A stretch of 64,000 bases of DNA from Sphagnum compactum (lineage: Eukaryota), in NCBI GenBank assembly GCA_965153455.1, contig OZ234493.1:25720213-25784212 (forward strand), given 5' to 3'. Positions 37,341 through 51,800 of this stretch are shown one piece after another. A program made the position numbers and the translations under genes. The notes under the pieces were generated by a model. That model saw nothing but the letters and a program-made list of their open reading frames with translations. It was not told the origin of the DNA and ran no database searches. The first letter of the stretch is position 1. Every line of letters starts with the position of its first letter.

Positions 37341-38376
37341 TAAATGTATTTGGAGGCCACTTTATATGTATGAATGTCCCCTGAATTTAATCTCGCCCCT
37401 TCAATGACCAACTTAGGGTTACGGACAATGTATTTCTTTCACTTTACGAATATCTTTAATAACCTTTCAACTGTTGTAGGACAAGATAATAGGCCTTATC
37501 TTTTCCATTTCTTTTTTACAAATAAAAAGAAAAAGAAAAATGACCACTCATGCAACCTTGAAACAAATTGGCCCCAAAAAATCAATTTGTGTGAAATGAT
37601 TGGATTTTCCAATCCACAGCTCATCAAATATGTGTACACCTTAAACTGGTTCAAAGCTTGTGGCTTAGAAGAGATTTTTGGGGGTTGTTGTAATGAAATT
37701 TGCTTCAAATGATACTTAAGGAAAATTTTCACACTTTTATTATGACACTTATTCATTGTGTTAGTTGAATGTTATTTGATTGCACTATTGTGAACAAAGC
37801 TTAGAATTAAATAGGATTGAGTATCCCAAATAATATATAAAAATAAATCTATGAACAAGTTTGAAATGCACCAATCAACAGATGATGTTCTATTGAAGAT
37901 AAATATTGAGGATATTGATTCCAATGACGACTTTCATTTTCCGAAGCCCATTCAAACTTTAAAACGCTTAAGGACTTATCCATATGTTATTGGTGAAAAT
38001 GAAGGTGATAGATATCTCACAACTCATATACAAGGACTTTTGTGTAGGGTAAAAAGCCCCAAGTTGGGGGCATTCCCAAAGTAAGAGGCCTAGAATAGGT
38101 CCATAGCCAAGTTGAGTCTTCACAAGATGGATGGAATGTCTCCAAATCGTGGGCCTCACCCTCACAATACAACTCAAAACGAACCTTATCGTAAGATGAT
38201 GTAGGCCACAATGCAATAGGAGTAGGAGGGATCTTATGCCTACTTTTTAGGAGTGTGAGGAAAGTTACACCTATTCGTAGGTGTAAGGTGCCCCAACTCC
38301 TGAATAATAGGCATAAGAGCCCTTTTGTTTTCAAGGAATAATATTCATAGAAATGAGGTGGCCTCCAAATACACTA
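37341..38376. mobile_element. Non-autonomous hAT-type element
   Basis: TIRs TAAATGTATTTGGAGGCCAC.. / ..GTGGCCTCCAAATACACTA. 8-bp flanks AATTTTCC (37333-37340) and AATTTTTC (38377-38384). A GC-richer block at ~38040-38310 may be a nested insertion. Confidence 0.8.
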
Positions 38377-40109
38377 AATTTTTCAAATAAATAAAAAATA
38401 AAAATTAGAATATTTATATTTTTTCTTCTAATAAATAGAAATATATATGTATTAAACAAGGAAGCTAACAAAATAACTTAGTGTAAGCCCCTCTACCTCC
38501 GATACTCCAAAGCCAACACTTGACCAGTTGTTGATGTGGTGAAGGGTAGAAGATCAACCCTTTAGTTGTAGAAGCCATGAAGGCATGTTTGCATAATAGT
38601 AAGCTTTTTATTGGCATTTGAACCCGAAGGTGGGTGTAGCAAGCTTGTGTAGCAATAAGGCACTGTCGGCCACGATTTATTGGTCATCTACTAGGTTCAA
38701 TTTCATTGTTGAATTTGAACAAGTTCTCATGAATGAATTGTCAGAAACATGATAACAAAATTGGTTCAAACTTCAAACTCAAACTTTGCTTTTCCAAGTT
38801 TTGTTTCCTATTGTGTGGCCTGTAAGAGCATCTTCACCAGCAACAAAGACATATAAACTATATAATAACATGTACATAATACTTTGGATGGAACATAGCC
38901 TTTAAATAATAGACTTTGGGTCCCAGTTATTTCCTTTCGTAAAATTTTCATTCCCAGTTACATGTTTGATGCCCTATTATGTCAAAACTGGCCGTTCTCG
39001 TCCCCTAATCGCTTGACTTTACATAAAACTCTAATATAAAACTGAGTTTGGCCTTGTAAGTAGGTATGCACAAAGATACAGTAATTTTTACCCTTTAAAT
39101 TCTCTCCCTCTCCCTTTTTTTTCTAATACCTTTGTATAAATTTCCAAATCAGTGGTGTGTTTATTAATGAAGTTTTGCAGGGTTTTGATGATTTTTGCCC
39201 TGTTTATGGGTGGGGGATTGGGGATGAGCCATTTAAAAATTAATTTTCCCCCACCCGTAAATTTACAGATAAAAATGAGCACATGTTTACGGTGGGGATG
39301 GGTAAACAATTATTTAGCCTACCACCTTGGTGGCTTTTGCACACATTACATATATTTATTTTAAAATGCTGAAATTTTCAGAATATATTTTTCTCAAAGA
39401 TTTTTTAAAAAAAATGTAAAAATCAAGAATAGTTTGAAATATTCAGGAATATTTCATTTTTGAAAATAGAATCTTCAAAATTAATTAATTAATTAATTCA
39501 CAGATATGTGCTGAAACTGCCCCCTGTCCTACTACAGTAACACTCTATGTGAGGATGTGCTAAGCACTGGTAGAAGCAAAACAGAACACTAAAATATAAA
39601 TGACAACAAACAGCAATCCTGTCCAGGTTAAGTAGGTGGGACAGAACTGCCAGAGACTTTTCATTTAAAATTTTAATTAATTAATTAATTAATTATCTAA
39701 ATAATTAAATAATTAAATAATTTTTAAAGAGTTCCTGCCATCAGTCCAACCCTGCAGCTAGAACCATATACCTAGTAGCAGTGCAGGACTGACACCCAGA
39801 AAAAGTTCATTGGGGGGTGTTTAGCATGTCTGCAGTTTATAGGGTTAGGGTTTAAGGGGTTTATGGATATGGATAAAAGAGCAACAATGCATGATCCATC
39901 CAGTGTTCAATGACAGAGGCAGGGTGTAGGGTGTGTGTACAGGCAAAAAGACACCAAGCATGTTGTGTCCAAACCCTTTCAAAGCCGACCCAGCAACACT
40001 AAATAATCCTTGAAAGGAACAAAAGAAAAGCATCAAATTGCACAAGAAGTAATGTGCTACAAACCCATGTGTGTCTCTAACTAACTATTACACATTCAAC
40101 CATTATAGC

Positions 40110-40325
40110 ACCTCCATTGCTATCTGATTTGTGACAGACAATGCCTCTTTCTTTTTTTTTAGTTCATGGTCTTCTATTTTATTAGTGTTGTCCTGATTGC
40201 TAGCCCATTTGTGATAGACGATGCCTTTTTAATAAATTAAAAAAAAAATCATGATCTTTTATTTTATTAGTGTATTAGTGGTGTCCTAATTGCTAGCCGA
40301 TTTGTGACAGATGAATGCCTTTTTA
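40110..40325. repeat. Three diverged tandem units of ~80-95 bp
   Basis: TTGCTA.C..ATTTGTGA.AGA..ATGCC at ~40117, ~40197 and ~40290. Confidence 0.75.
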
Positions 40326-41839
40326 AAAAATTACTATACGGGGTTTTTCTTTTTTATTGTTATTAGCTCACTCAAGATAACTTAGAAAGCAAAATCAAAT
40401 CATCAAATCCAGCAATTCCATTGATCTTGGAGGAAAGGGAAAAAACAACAACGACTACAACAACAACAACAACGCTTTAGGCTTACACACAATCCATATT
40501 CTGCTGAACATTGAAGATAATGGTATCTTTGTACCATTTTCATTGGTCGTCTCAAATTCTCACAAACGTACCAAAACGTTATTATAACACATTTGAACTC
40601 TTAGTAGTTCGCTCAAGATAAGCAAAGACAAAACAAAATTCCATCTATGCAATCGAGCCAATATCATTAGCCATAACAATTTTTTCTGCACCCGTTGTTG
40701 GTACACTCAAGCTTATTCAACACCCTCTTTATATTATTAATACACTGATTTTATAGCCCTTGTCTGTATACTGTATACAACATACAGACAAGGTTTTTTT
40801 TTTTTTAAAAGAAGAAGAAGAAGAAGAAGAAGAAGAAAAAGAAAACATTGTAAGCCAACTAGGTACCTACTACTTGTACCTAGTAGCCTCACAGATCCAA
40901 CTTGACCTCCATGTGCAGTTGCAGTATAAGATCAGCTTGAACCTGAATCTCCTACTACCTAAGCTACAGAACAAAACTGGATGCTCACTTGGGGGTGTAG
41001 GGGTTTCACACTGGCTTGCTTTTTGTGGCTCTGAAGCATGTGATTGGCTTGCTGCAATAGGGGCATGTACTCGTTGCCTTTTTGCTTTCACACTGGTCCC
41101 AACTTCACCCAAAAGTTTGTCTTTATCCTATTTGGCACTCTTTTCACAGCCATGCAAACAACTGGCATCACAAAAGGTTAAAGAAAGAAACAGTCTGAAA
41201 GTGTACTTATTTACTTCCCTCTGAATTAGGTCTAAGGAATACATTGGTACCCAGGCTTGGCCAGACTTCACCAGAAGCCCAGGGTTTAGTTTTAGGGTTT
41301 AAATGCTTCATCAGCATTGGGTGCTTATTGCAGGCAGTACAAAAGAACTACTGCCTGCTTCTTCTTCTTTTTCCCTTGTCTACCCTTGACCCTGATCCAT
41401 CTTTTTTTGAGGATGATGCCCAGACACACTTTGGCTCCATGTTACCCACATTTTGGGTCTGTGATTGACACCTAATGCTCAAATTGTGCATATCAGACCC
41501 AAGGTGTGTAAGGGGCAGCACCCAAACGTTTCTGGGCACCTCCAGACACACTTTGAACTGGAAATTGGGGAAATTGGGCAGTTGGGAGAAAAAGAAGCCC
41601 TACGCTGATTTAATGTCTTCCTTCTTCACCACATAGGAATTAAGAACCAGACCCTAATACGGGCAGATTGCCATTAAAAATAACCCTTGGAACAATGCAA
41701 AATGAGCCAATAGGAGCTCGGGGTCCCTTCCTCTGGGGCAGGAGGAGGCCTACGGATGACATTGTCAACTTGGATCGTTCTCGTGTTAACTGGAAGTGCA
41801 AATGCATTTCGGTTATAATTAATCAGAAATTTACTTTTT

Positions 41840-42208
41840 GAACAGCTCCAATGGTGCTCAGTATGTGACCCTGGGAAACATTTCTCACATCCAAGTTTTA
41901 GTTATTTACTTTTATTTCCAATTCCCCCCCCCCCCGCCCATAAAACTGGAACTGGGACTTCAATGGATAGGAGACAATTCATAGAAAACCACCTGGAGCA
42001 ATCCATATGATTGGCCAATCAGAAACAGGGATTGGGCAGTCAGATCCTATTTATTACACTTTTCTCTGGCAAGTGTTAAGCTTTGCTGTGCCTCTCTTAC
42101 AAGCCTCAGCAAAACCGTGCAAAAAAGTGCTGAGCCAAACTGGCAATGTTTTGACATCCAATTTTAATTTGCAGGCTCACATACTGAGCACCGGTGGTGG
42201 AGTTGCTC
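41840..42208. mobile_element. Tourist/PIF-Harbinger-like MITE, copy 1
   Basis: TIR GA.CA.CTCCA..GGTGCTCAGTATGTGA.CCTG / CAGGCTCACATACTGAGCACC..TGGAGTTGCTC; homologous along its length to 43457-43838. Confidence 0.75.
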
Positions 42209-42878
42209 AAGCACTGTGTCATGATGTCAGGTCGAAGAGAGGAGGAGGACTCCAGCTCCAAAACTTGCATTATCAGCAGAGAATGCATAATCGGATCCGT
42301 TGTTCCCAACTGAGGAGAATGCCTTATGGTACAGTTGGGAGCAACCGACGATGAGAATGCATTTTGGAATGGTTGGGAACGAGTGAGGATGATGCTGTCT
42401 CACCAAGTCATCAAAGGGCGATAGGAGAAGAAATGGATATTAAAAAAAAGACTTGTTTAACGTAACTATTTTTGTTTAATGCAATTATTTTTTGTTTCAT
42501 ACAACTAAAAAATAATTGCATTTCAGAAGACAAGTGTAGTTGCATTAGATAAATCATTAATAGCCTTTGTTTTGTTTTTTTGAGGATGTTTCGATAATCC
42601 TCAATGACAAAGAATATTTGAATTGTACAAAAAAAATTTAAAAATGGACCTAGGCTTTACTTATAAAGCTGTCAAAACACATGACAACTATGTATATATA
42701 TATATATATATGTGCCTAGTGGCTGAGAGAGAGAAAAAAGCTTGCAACATGATATGTCGGACTGCAAGCAAAAGCTGAAGAGACAGAAAAAACAGAAGGG
42801 AGAGAGAATATGTTGCCCAGTGTTTTGCTACTCTCATCATGTGCATATTTTGCTTGGCAGTGTTTGGTGGTCTGCTAC

Positions 42879-42974
42879 ATGAAGTGTGATGATATTTAAG
42901 TAAGTTATCTTCAAGATGCAACTTCATATAAATCAATTATGAAGATAACTTACTTAAATATCATCACACTTCAT
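42879..42974. other. Perfect 35-bp inverted repeat with 26-nt loop (hairpin; candidate small-RNA locus)
   Basis: 42879-42913 ATGAAGTGTGATGATATTTAAGTAAGTTATCTTCA is the exact reverse complement of 42940-42974. Confidence 0.9.
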
Positions 42975-43256
42975 AGTTCCAATATATAAAGAATAGTGAT
43001 CCGTGTAGAAGCTGACTGCTTCTCATCCATTTCTTTGTCTAGAGGGTAATGAAGCTCTTCTGCTCAAATAATGATCCCGGTGTTTGTTGTTGTTGTGGCT
43101 TCCCTTTTTGTTCTTTGTTTCTTTGGGTAGTTTTTTGTTGGCGATTGTGAGGTGAGAAAAGACTAATTGTCAATGGGTATTATTACATCAATACTACAAT
43201 TGTTACCATTATTAATAGCAATGTCAATCATTATAAATATTATCGCTATTACTTAG

Positions 43257-43415
43257 GGAAATTTTTTAATTCACACCTTTTTTGGTTAAATTCACACCCA
43301 TTCCTTTGAACTGAGTTCAGCACACCTTTCCTTTGAACTAAGTTCAGTACACCTTTCCTTTGAACGCGCGAAGGGTGTGAATTCAACCAAAAAAGGTGTG
43401 AATTTAAAATTTTCC
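43257..43415. mobile_element. 159-bp foldback MITE with ~43-bp TIRs and perfect 8-bp TSD
   Basis: GGAAATTTTTTAATTCACACCTTTTTTGGTTAAATTCACACCC ... GGGTGTGAATTCAACCAAAAAAGGTGTGAATTTAAAATTTTCC. TSD TTACTTAG at 43249-43256 and 43416-43423. Confidence 0.85.
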
Positions 43416-43456
43416 TTACTTAGAATAAAAATCACTATTGTTAATTGAAGGTCTCA

Positions 43457-43838
43457 GAGAATCACCAGCTCTGCTCAGTATGTGACCCCTGCAAAAATAT
43501 TTCTCACATCCAAGTTTAGTTATCTACTTTTTTTTTGCAACCCCGTTACCCTGCGAATACACGCGAAATTGAGACTGCAAATAACTGGGTGCAGCAAACC
43601 ATCTGGACCAAGCATTATGAAACGCCACTCCAAAACAGGGAGGACCAGTCAGATCATATTTATTACACTCTTCTTTAGCAGGTGGGGCAGCTTTGTTGTA
43701 CCTTTCGCCAGCCTCAGCAAACTGTGCACGAATGCTGGGCCAAAACCATTTTGCTCAACCAAACGGGCATGTTTTGACTCTTCTTCATTCAATTTTTTAA
43801 TATTCAGGGCAACATACTGAGCACTGCTGGGGATGCTC
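43457..43838. mobile_element. Tourist/PIF-Harbinger-like MITE, copy 2
   Basis: TIR GAGAATCACCAGC..TGCTCAGTATGT / ACATACTGAGCACTGCTGGGGATGCTC (GAGCATC-type terminus); flanks TCA / TTA resemble a 3-bp TWA TSD. Confidence 0.75.
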
Positions 43839-44434
43839 TTAGGTCCCAAACTAAGTCCTATCCTTGTGATAGATTTTGCTATTTTGTGAAATTATGGTAT
43901 TTGAGAAAGGTTTGATAGATGTTGAAGGGAACTGATATCATATTTTTCAAAAAATTGCTAGGCATAAGGAATCACACATGTTCAAAAACTAGTAAATCAA
44001 GTGATCATCCACAAGAGGACATAGCCAAATTTGGCTACAACGAAGAAAGTACAAAAATTTAGGAATTGTGGTATATTTTGGGGACATGTCAAAACCCATT
44101 GTCTAAATTTGGCAATCTCAAATTTTGTTTCCTCCAAATCTGGTGACTTTGGACCATTCTTAAAAAAAACTCCTTTGCACTAGCTTTTCTTTTTGGGTCA
44201 TCAACTGGGAAAAAATCATAAATGTTTAATGACTGCTTTAGAGTTCTTAACATATGTTGTCTAACCAGAAATAATCAACCTTTTCAATCACAATAATCAT
44301 TCATTCAAAACCTCAAAAATAAAAAACCACTTGATAATCATGCAACCTTTTCTTGTGGTGAAATTTCACCACTTAATGACCCAATAAATAAATAAATTGG
44401 GACTTTGACAAAAGGGTTTTTTGGGGGAAAACAC

Positions 44435-47400
44435 TAGTGTGAGGTCAATATTTGATTTTTAAAATAATAGTCAGATGTAAGTTGTCAAAAAGTAATTTAA
44501 GAACCACATTGGTCCAGGGTTTTTATTTTAGGTTTTTTTATAGAACCGCCTGGGTTTGAGCTTTTGAAACCTAGGGTTTGACAAGTATGAGGCAAGGATA
44601 GGGTTTTTATTAATGATATTTTTGGTCCATTACATGATTTTTTACCAAATACCCAAATAATATAAGAATTACATTGTTTAACAACTACCTTGACCCAAAT
44701 GTTTGAAGAAAAAAAAAGCCCTAATTCTTAAACTCCAAGCCATAAAGTTCTCATAAGTTACATAAATGTTTTTGTAACTTTTGTTATATAACTACATCTA
44801 AATTAAAAAAACTACCTCGAATATTGAAGCATTAGAATGAATATCTTTTGTCAATTTTGTGAGTTTTTGGCAAACCCCCTTTTACTCCATGATGTTTTAT
44901 CTTTTACACCCTTCGACTCACATCCTTGAACTTGACAACAATAATCTAAAGGCATAAAACACCACCCACAAATAAGCCAAGTGGCACATTCATTTCACAC
45001 AATAAACAAACAAAACACATAATGGAAATAGAAGATGACCCATAGATGGTTGCAAACACAAAACACATACAAAAACAAGACCAAGAAAACACACAAAGCA
45101 AAAGATCAATAAAGTACATATGACTAAAAAGACATACAACACATTCTTTTCATAATAAAACACATTTGCAATTTTTACACACAAAAAACACATGCACATA
45201 GGATTGAAGACTAATAGAAAACAATTTGGCTCTCAAGTCACTTGCACATTCATAGAATACAAAGCACAAACAACCATAAAACACAACACAAACATTCAAC
45301 ATCTAGTTTGTTAAGCAAAGCTTGCAAGAAGAAAACAGAAAAAAGTGACATTAGCTATTATTCATTTAGAACTAGTTAGTTTGGCCATAGAAGACACAAC
45401 ACAAACACCAACCACCCATCTATCCAATAGAACTTGCAAGAAAAAAGGGTAGAAAATTGCACAAATTGTGGTTCATTTTGGATTAACTAGTTGTCATTAA
45501 AAAATGACACAAACACACATTAATCTAACGAAGTATGCAAGAAAAAGAAAGTGGCAATTGTGGTGGCTCATTTTAACTATTAGTTTTGTCTTCAAGCCAT
45601 GCAACAAGTCCATGACATAAGACACAAACAAGAGACATATAGCTAGAAGCCACATAACAAACACATACACAATAGAAAACCAAATCATTCAGACACAAGT
45701 GGATACACAACACAAAACAAAAAATTATACATAATGAAACTTTAAAACATGTAATTTGATCTACACATGGTAGTGTTGATTCTAATAATGGAAAAAATGT
45801 GCTCTATTTTGATTTGGTTAGCTGAGATGCAAAACATTTGTCATGCTAATATAATAATGGTTGGAAACTTATGTTCTTTTTTAACCACCAAAATAAAGCA
45901 CATTTTGCATCCATTTACATCAATAAGATAAGAAAAAATTCTAACAAGCTTTCTTGACACGATGTTTTTGTAAATGCTTTCACCAATTTGTGTTATTTAA
46001 AGAAATTTTTTAAATGTAATTGTGATTGAAGTTTGTCAAGTTATGTAGACATGGTAAGCATCAACAACTTGTGTGCTTCAATTGATAAAGGCAATAACAA
46101 TTTTTGATCATATTCAACAATGACAATGGCAAATAATGGAAAAAAATGTTAATCAAGTGCATGTTTTAAACCTTGGATCAAACATGAATGTCAACATGTT
46201 GTGCATTTTTTCCTTGTCAAATGCCCATTAGAAAAAAAAGGGTAAAATGGCTTCCAATACTTGTTGCGTCATGTGAACCATGAATCGTTACAACTCATGA
46301 TCCAAAATGCCTTCTTCAACTAGGCTATTAGAACACAAACAAATGAAAATTCTTTGCAAATTTCCCAACAAGTTGGAATCATAAATTGTAAGGTATTTGT
46401 GAATAACCAATGACTATGATTTTGGTTTATAACACAACTATTCACCATTGGTGACATAACAACAATTTTCATCCTTAGAGAGAGCATATGTTGATTATCT
46501 TTGTTTATTATAACATAATGCAATGGCACATTGAAAAGTTAAAGCATTCTAGAATCTAAGTTCTAGGAATCCAATCACAATAAATAGATTCAAAATAACT
46601 ATTAGATTTTAACAAAATAAATTCAAATTGGGTGTACTTGGTTTTCACAATCATGTTTAATTTTATGAGCCTTAATTCAAAATCAATACAAGTTTTATCC
46701 CATCTTGCCTACCCTTGCTAGACTTCTTTAACCAAGTAATGCATTTAAGAATGTTAGCTCGAACGTATTTTACAAATACATAGTTCAAGCCATAAACCTC
46801 TTTGTCATCTATAGTAACATATTAATGTGCCTTGGAAAGTGCATGTCCAAAGCATGAACTATCAAATGGCTAGACAACATGGCCAAGTTACAACATGATA
46901 CAATTGAAATCAAGGCACTAACACAAGTTTGCAAGTTGGACTCTTCATCCTTCACATAAGTAATAATCATTTTAGTCAATAAAAACTTGTTCAAAAATTG
47001 CTACAATTTGGAACCATAGTTGTTGCATTAGTGATTTGTCACCTCAAATAGACCAATAGTGACATGTTTTGCTTTTCGATCACTTGAGAAAGTTAATAAT
47101 GGCAACAAAGACATTGTGTGCCCGTCTTGACATCCATATATAAAATGTACATGTGGCCAATAGGTGATTAACTAATACATGTATAACTTTTTCCACAAAA
47201 ACCTTCCTACTATATAGGAACACAACCTTTAGACGCAACGTATGCACCAACCTTTGCAACCATATGGATTTAATAGTCTTCATAAGCAATAACTCTTTAA
47301 CCACAAACACCATTAGATCTTCCAACAATCCAATATGTGTTGCATCATTTTTTTCAAATTTATTTTAGAAGAGAAAAATTGAGAAATAGCATTTGCAAAT

Positions 47401-48896
47401 ACGTTTGCCATAATTTGGTGAACTCATGATTCAATGGAGCTTTGGGGATTTTTTTTTGAATTTTTTTCAATAAGGTGCCATGGTCTTGCTCAACATGTTA
47501 TTTTATGGTTATTATACCATTAGATTTATGGCAAGCAATTAGGCCTTTTCAACATGAGTGCACAAGGTTAAGGTTTTTCAATTTTAACATCACTTCAACA
47601 CCTCATGATTTGATTTTGAAACAACTCCATTAATTGATTATTATTTTCCTTTAAAAACACCCATATGATTGAATTGCAACCATGTGGTTTTCAAACAACA
47701 TTTTGTTTTTACATATTTTTGAAAACCATTTTAAATGTGTGGTTGATCATTAGCAATAATCTACTCTCCACCTTATTAGCTTTACTTTATGTTGACAACA
47801 TTGTAATTATTGTCATATCCTACAAAAACAACTTAAGGAATGTCCTCATTAGAATTAAAATCATGAAAATTCGTAATAGGAGACGAAGAAGAAGCTATGG
47901 GTTATTCTATCTTTAAATAATAGGCACAAGTTGAAATGAAACAAAACAACAAACAACCAACTAAATGCAAATGTTGAATTGTGAAAAGGTGAAAAATAAA
48001 TAAATAATTTATAAAAGTGAAAAATTTAAGGGATAGATGTTAAGGTTTAGGGTTTAGGAGAGGTGATAGAACATAAAACATGAGAGAAATTCTCCCTCCA
48101 CCCATGCTACTCCAATGTGTTTCACAGTGAAAGCAATTAGGCAAATTGAGGTTTCATCGTTCAATGGAAGTTAAGCATATAAGCTTAGGCCATCGTAAAA
48201 TGAGGAAATTGTTCTTGCATTTTCAAAAGAAAGTGAAATCTAGCAAACATAATCAAGCTTGGTGTTTAACAATAAAAAAAAAACAAGCACAAAGGTTAGT
48301 TGGCCAAAGGAAATTGACATTTAAGAAATGATAGAACTCAAAGTCTCAAATCCCAAACTCATTGCTCACACACATTCGTGTGAAAACGTAAAAGAAAAGA
48401 CAATTGGATAGTGGAATTTGATTGCTTACCTTCGTCTACTTTATCAACAAATGCATGTTGAATTGTAAAACCTTGATTTGTCGCCACCAAAAAACTTGGT
48501 TTGACACTTGTAAGGTTTAGGTTGCATGGATGTGTGTGATCAACGACACAATAAAGGAAACAACAAAAAAACAAGAAAACAACATTACAAAAAATAGAGA
48601 CATAGAGACATTGCAAATGGCAAAGACACAATAGGAAGGAAAATGACATCTAACCCTAAACTACAACAAGCCCTAACCCTAATTGAAATCCCCTTTGGAT
48701 GTTATATACTTGGGTTTTAGGTTGATACCCTTTGCCAATTATCGGGGTCAGGTCCGGTTTGAGATATTTAAATATTGAATAGTGATGGGCATGAGGTGGG
48801 TCCAATTTTTTTATTAAAAAACCTCTGACTGTTATATATACCGTGTCAAATACCCGATGGGTATTGGGTGTCCCATCAAATACCTGCCTGACATTG
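44435..48896 (-). mobile_element. Full-length but decayed hAT DNA transposon (~4.5 kb) with transposase pseudogene (~46000-47800)
   Basis: TIRs TAGTGTGAGGTCAATATTTGA / TCAAATACCTGCCTGACATTG, with GGAAAAC-like flanks on both sides (TSD register off by 1 nt). Minus-strand fragments WMSRRAHNVFVAIINFL, IITYVKDEESNLQTC and HNMLTFMFDPRFK are hAT transposase-like. Many stops and frameshifts. Confidence 0.8.
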
Positions 48897-51800
48897 GGAA
48901 AACCCCCCCCCCAAATTCGCCACATTTGGAAGGGAAATAAAAAGAGGCTGAAATCGCCATATTTAGACTGTAGATTCTGGCATGTCGCCAGTACATAGCA
49001 AGGTTTCCAATAAAAATAATTCTACTTTTTCTCTCTGTCCTGTAGCCAAATATGGCTAAAGTCTTCATGTGGAGGATGGCCAGTTCACCTATCTCACGAA
49101 ATTTTTGAATTTTTTTTAAAAATTAAATTAAAAAAACCGAAATGATAATGGTAAATGAGCAGTAATAATTAGTAGTGAATAAAAACAATAAATAGTAGTG
49201 AACAAGGGGTAATTAATGGGTAGCTAAAGGCATCCCCTTGGAACCAACCAGATACCTTTTCACGTACGATACCGACAGAAAAGGGCGTCCACATGATTTC
49301 AGCTGTTGGCAAACACCCTGCAACTTAACAAGCAACCAAGCCCTCTCTTTGCCTCCCCAAATGCGACCAGTCTCCTGGTGGCCAGACAATAATGGTCTCC
49401 TCCTCGCCTGCCACACGCCTGACCTGTCCTTTCAGTTCTGCTCCCTGCTCTTTTTTGGTTACTAGGCCACCTTATTTACTACTGGGTAACTTTTTTACAA
49501 AACTTTTTTTTTTAACCTTGGCCTAACCTCATCATGCAGAAATGGCCTTTCAGAAATGGCCTTTCCTTCATTATGGGCCCTAGTGGTGGGCCCCTGTGTG
49601 CCTTTTGGCCCATGTAAGGGTTGGTTGGTTACCCATCCCAATACTATTCAGGTCAAAGTGCACTTAACACTTCAGAGTTTTAATGGAAAATCCATTTTTC
49701 AGTATTTTAATTTCAAGTGATGACTAGTGTTTAGCATTATGCCATTGGGCCCAACTGTGAAGTCATTGAGGGCTCAATTGATTTTCCCTTCACAAACCCA
49801 ATTTTTGCAATTTGTTTGAATTTCTATCAAGAAAATTGACTCAAAAATTAAATATCTTCCACACCTTAGTTCTGAAATTTTTGAAATACACTCTATTAAA
49901 CCTAAAACTCACTCACCAAGGGCTTTCCAACAACACCAAGAATGCCCCAAAATCCCTTTACAGTTTTTTGGTTTTAATTTAATTTAGTTTTCATTGAAAA
50001 AATGGTTCGATAACCAATCGCTTCCACACCATAGCTCCAAACAGTCTCAAATCAAGTTGGTGCACCCCTACTCATTGAGAGTGTTCCAAAGATACCAAGA
50101 GTGTGGCATCAAGTGGGGTGAGAATTCAAACCCATAAACCCAAAACCCTAACCTTGATTGGTTTGGGATTCTTTTGAGAGAGAGAGAGAGAGAGAGAAAT
50201 TTGTGCAGACAATAACTGTTTGTGAACCAAGTTTCCAATTATGAAGGAAGCAGAACTTGGAAAAGTTGTTAAATTATGCTTTTTCCAAATACAAGCATTT
50301 TCTTCCTTGGAAAGCAAACAAGAGCATTCATCATTTGCACTTCATAGAATGCAGCCCACTTATGATGGTCTATTTGACACTTTTAAACTTATATATATGT
50401 ATGTGGTGGGATCTTTGCTTTCTTTCCTTTGTTCCTTCTCTTTGCATCATCATATGGGGGGAGAGTTGGCACTGGGGACCACTAAACCCTACCTATACCT
50501 GTGGTGTACACCTTCCTTCTGTTCACAACTCTGTGAAGGTTGTTAAAAATTGTTAATTCTTTAACAATTGTCTGCTTAAAACCCAGTTTGCAGAATGGAC
50601 TACAGGTTTTGTGGGGGCATAAGAGTGTCTTGCGTTTAACCGATTCAATGGACTAACAACTGACAACCCAAACTGAGTTGGTTAATGGCCAAGTGGGAAT
50701 CATGTCAGCTATGTGGACAAAAAGCCCGTGGGCTTTTTATCCACTTAGTGGACCAACCGAGCACCAAGACTAAAAACTCGTCAAAAGCCTAGATGAACCA
50801 TGGTTTGTGGGAACAAGAGGTTTTATAGACCGCTCGACAAACTAACTGACCAAACACACTATCATGGAACAACCATTGCCCACGGTTAGAAAATAGTGTG
50901 AACCAATGTGGTGTGGGTATCCCACTATTTCCAAAAAGGAGTTGTTTATATGCCCCCCCAATAAACAAAGGATGCTTGGTTGATAAGTCTTGCATCATGT
51001 TTTCACTTTATACACACACTACTTGGAGTAATATGCTATTGAAAAAATATCAATATTTATGCAAGGTAAAAACATTTGGATGAAGCTAGACATTAGAACG
51101 CCAAAAGCAAACCAATTGATTCTCACTAATTAATTTGGTGGTGTGCCACAGTTAGGTTAACTCACCAATTCATTCGCATACAAATTTGGCACCTTTTTAT
51201 AATGAAAAGAAAAAAGTTTAATTTTTTTTGCTTTCTAGTTTGGATTATAGTTCATATTATCAATTCGATATTTGATGTCATCATGTTAATGGTAAAAATA
51301 TGAATTTAAGCACCGTTGAACAAAATTTTGTCACCATTGTTATGCTTTGTATATAAGCAAAAATGTTTAATGAAGATGGCCATGATTTGTAAATGGATTT
51401 CAAAGGCAATCGTTTTCCCAATGATACAAATGCAATCATGTAAGGTGGTAGTATGCATGATAATGCAAAGGGTTGTTTGTTGGGAACAATCAAAAGGTAA
51501 ATCCACATTTTCAGATCCATACTTGTTTATTGAGATTTTCAAAGTGAGAATCAAAACAAATCAAATGAAAAAATTGCACATGGAATGGCTTATGTAACAA
51601 GTCATAAATGAATGGGGTCCAAGGTTTAACATACATAGAAAGAATGCAAAAATATCCCCAATTTTCTTTTATGGTTGACAATATGTCAAGGCATTACAAT
51701 AGGTGAATAGTATATAGTGCAATGGGGTACGAAACAAGTTGCATGGTGTGTAAAGTGTTGCCACAAAAGTGTAAGCCCAAGGGTGCAAGAATCCATGAAA

